A stretch of 64,000 nt of DNA from Macrostomum lignano (taxonomy: Eukaryota), in assembly GCA_002269645.1 (NCBI GenBank), contig NIVC01001049.1:186001-250000 (forward strand), given 5' to 3'. Positions 61,243 to 64,000 of this stretch are shown here, one piece after another (position 1 is the first letter of the stretch; each line of letters starts with the position of its first letter). Position numbers and translations under genes: made by a program. A model generated the notes under the pieces. The model ran no database searches. It was not told where the DNA came from and saw only the letters and a program-made list of their open reading frames with translations.

Positions 61243-61986
61243 TGAGCACTCCATCTCTTCCTTCGCTTCCTGGATCGCGAATTCGTCCAGCTAGACCGGC
61301 TGCGCAATCCCGAGAGGGTTGAATCAGTGCAACATCTGCGTATTCGATCGATGCTTCCACGTTTGCTTCCCTTTATTTCGCGGCAGACGAGCAGTCGATG
61401 ATCGGACTACAGGTAATGCGCGGAATTCGACAACCCGATGTCCAGTTCCGAGACAAGGACTACTTAAGTAGATCTTCTTAAGTAGATGTAACGTAATCTT
61501 CCAGTGGTCCTTGTCACGAAAATGCGCCAGCGCATGCAATGCTCGAGCTGTGCTTGCCTTCAGGTTGCATTCTGTCCCAAATCGCAGAGGTCGAATGCAA
61601 GACCGCTCGATGACTTGTGACACCATGTCCTGCTTCTCTTGAGAATTAGCGTTCAAATAGAACCATGCTCTAAGATGTCTTGAGTCAAATCAGAGCCGCT
61701 TCAAATCAAACCCCACTGAAACAATGAGCAATGAGCAATGATGCAACCGAGCCAAGGGATTTTTGCACTTCACTGGGAGCCGAAATGCTGTCGAAAGACA
61801 AACTCATTCGAATACACTTCAGAAACAGTTGGTTTACTTCACTACTGTTGCATCTCAATGTAAAGCAGAGCGGTCAATCAAAGCACTAAGTGTCGTTGGA
61901 GACTTTAATCTTTTATGTGATCAATAAAATGTGACCTTAGTTGTACCTTGTTTTTAGATAAAATTTAGTATATAGGATATTTTTTA

Positions 61987-62056
61987 GGGGCCGCAGTCCC
62001 GTGGTCTAGCGCGACGTTCTGATGTGCTCGAAGACACAGGCTCGATTTCAAGTGCA
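61987..62056 (+). other. Degenerate tRNA-like / SINE head
   Basis: GGGGCCGCAG...GTGGTCTAGCGCG (A-box-like) and GGCTCGATTTC (B-box-like) at tRNA spacing; does not fold as an intact tRNA. Confidence 0.3.
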
Positions 62057-63094
62057 GTCACAGTATTTCGGGGCTGAATTGGAAATTGGAATCTTGGTTT
62101 GCATCTGCTGGTGCAATAAACGACCTTGAGGGCCAACCCCCAAGGCACAGTGAAGTAACATTCATAAAGTTAGGGCCGCTGTACACTCCTGTGTGAATGC
62201 ATGCCTATGCGCATGACTGCAAACGTATCCGCGCGCTTGTGTGCCTTCTCAAGGGAGTCGACGGAATGGACAGTAGTGCCTCTCGCCGGTTGTGTGACAA
62301 TGTCGCTGAAAGTGCACCAGGGTGCACACAGCCCTCTGCCTCTAACAAAAAAGTAGTTTTCAGAGCAAATCTTATTAAAATGAATTTAAATGAGGCTTGC
62401 ACCGCAAAAGTGCCGAACACATCACTGCGTTCTCTTTAAGCAGTCTTTCATAGCACGTTTGTGTATAATTATAATGTTTTGTATATTTTGTATTTTGTAA
62501 TATTTTGTATTTTGTGCAAGCCCATCCCACTCCTTGGTTCGGTAGCTCCCCCTCTCTCTGTTAACTTTTTTTAAGCGAGCTGCGCTTCCAGACTTTGCCT
62601 AAGCCAGGTTTTGAATTGTTTTGAATTAACCAGGCATGCACGAGCTGGGCGTCTGCAAATTTGCGTCTCTGCTGTGGTGGAACGGCTGTTCGTGTTATCC
62701 GAAACGTCAACAGGCTTTTTAACAGAGTCATGCTCAGCTCAGCTCAACTCATTCCTCGTCAACTTTCCTCTACGCTTGTACCGACCTGCCTGTGGTTTGT
62801 GTCGCTTGCAACGCTTGGCTGGGATTCTCTCCGTTGCATTGCGTATTTTTCAGGATCTGTTTTAGCCAGCAGTCTTCTTGCTATAAAAAAGCTGCTTTCA
62901 ATTCAAAAAGTTCGGCAAGCGGAACTTCCCATTCTGCTCGACACGCGGCTTCTACAGTTTGGAATGGGGAAGTCAACAGATCGGCGTTGGGATCAGAATG
63001 CCTGCTGAGTTAAAAAAAGCAGCTGCAGTTGCGAAACCATATCTGATTCACAACAGGATGACGGTTGAGCTTGATGTCAAAATACTCCTTGCAT

Positions 63095-63522
63095 AGCAGA
63101 GAGACAGCAGAAAGCAGAAAGACAGCAGAGAGACAGCAGAGAGACAGCAGAGAGACAACAGAGAGACAGCAGAGAGACACCAGAGAGACAACAGAGAGAC
63201 AGCAGAGAGAGAGAGAGCAGAGAGACAGCAGAGAGACAGCAGAGAGACAGCAGAGAGACAGCAGAGAGACACCAGAGAGACAGCAGAGAGACAGCAGAGA
63301 GACAGCAGAGAGACAGCAGAGAGACAACAGAGAGACAGCAGAGAGACAACAGAGAGACAGCAGAGAGACAACAGAGAGACAGCAGAGAGACAGCAGAGAG
63401 ACAGCAGAGAGACAGCAGAGAGACAACAAAGAGACAGCACAGAGACAGCACAGAGACAGCAGAGAGACAGCAGAGAGACAGCAGAGAGACAGCAGAGAGA
63501 CAGCAGAGAGACAGCAGAGAGA
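63095..63522. repeat. 11-bp minisatellite (GAGAGACAGCA)
   Basis: About 38 units. Confidence 0.96.
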
Positions 63523-63714
63523 CGGTGGATCCGCCTATCGAAGAGCTCAAGCGCAGACGTGGTAGACAGCCAATGAGAAATTGCTAAGCGATAAATATAA
63601 ACTGCTCACTGTCTCCATGCAACGGAAGATGAACAGCGGAAGAGCAAATTTCCACTGCCTCGCCTACATGAGCGGCAGCCTGAGATTTCTGAGGAATTTC
63701 TACGAGCTCTGAAA

Positions 63715-64000
63715 ATGTTATTCGGAATCATGTCACTTCTCTGCTGCACCGCCCACGGTAAGTGCAACGCCGAATGTCAATTCTAAGCCCTGAATAGTCG
63801 CAGTTTCAACTCGCATTTCGAATCGATGGCTTGACTGACTCACTTCATGATTTGAGAGACTAAAGCTCAATACTTTCGACTTAAACTGAAATTTCACAGG
63901 CTTGCAGCCAGAAATTTCCAGCCGCTTCTTCGCCTTGGACACCGGACCCGTCCTGATCGGCAACGCCTCCAGCAGCGAACTCGTCAACCTGACCGGCGTC
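63715..64000 (+). CDS. 5' end of a probable secreted or membrane protein; exons 63715-63757 and 63900 to beyond the window
   Basis: Signal-peptide-like MLFGIMSLLCCTAHG; donor G|GTAAGT and acceptor TTTCACAG give in-frame LQPEISSRFFALDTGPVLIGNASSSELVNLTGV with two N-glycosylation sequons. Confidence 0.5.

Overview
Eukaryotic (invertebrate-like) genomic DNA: GC-rich exons, GT-AG introns and abundant minisatellites. The style suggests a free-living flatworm such as Macrostomum, but that is inference only. 0-22 kb: minus-strand multi-exon genes (one unidentified, one with two divergent RRM-like domains, one CTTNBP2-like) whose larger introns each carry a different tandem repeat. 22-31 kb: AT-rich TE graveyard with a full-length but inactivated Mag-like Ty3/Gypsy element (5-bp TSD), a LINE RT fragment and a tyrosine-recombinase fragment. 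31.7-60 kb: a cluster of TRAF-like paralogs sharing one RING/zinc-finger module joined to different C-termini (coiled coil+MATH, short tail, pseudogene, WD40 repeats, coiled coil only). A very young 8.6-kb Ty3/Gypsy element sits inside the cluster. It has a -1 frameshift pseudoknot, and between pol and the 3' LTR it carries a cargo ORF made of a J-like domain and a TatD-like domain, both lacking canonical catalytic residues. The strongest novelty candidates are this cargo ORF and the modular TRAF cluster, including an in-frame TRAF-WD40 chimera. Most frameshifts in the window are single-base losses in G/C runs and look like assembly errors. All domain calls are by-eye motif recognition; no searches were run.
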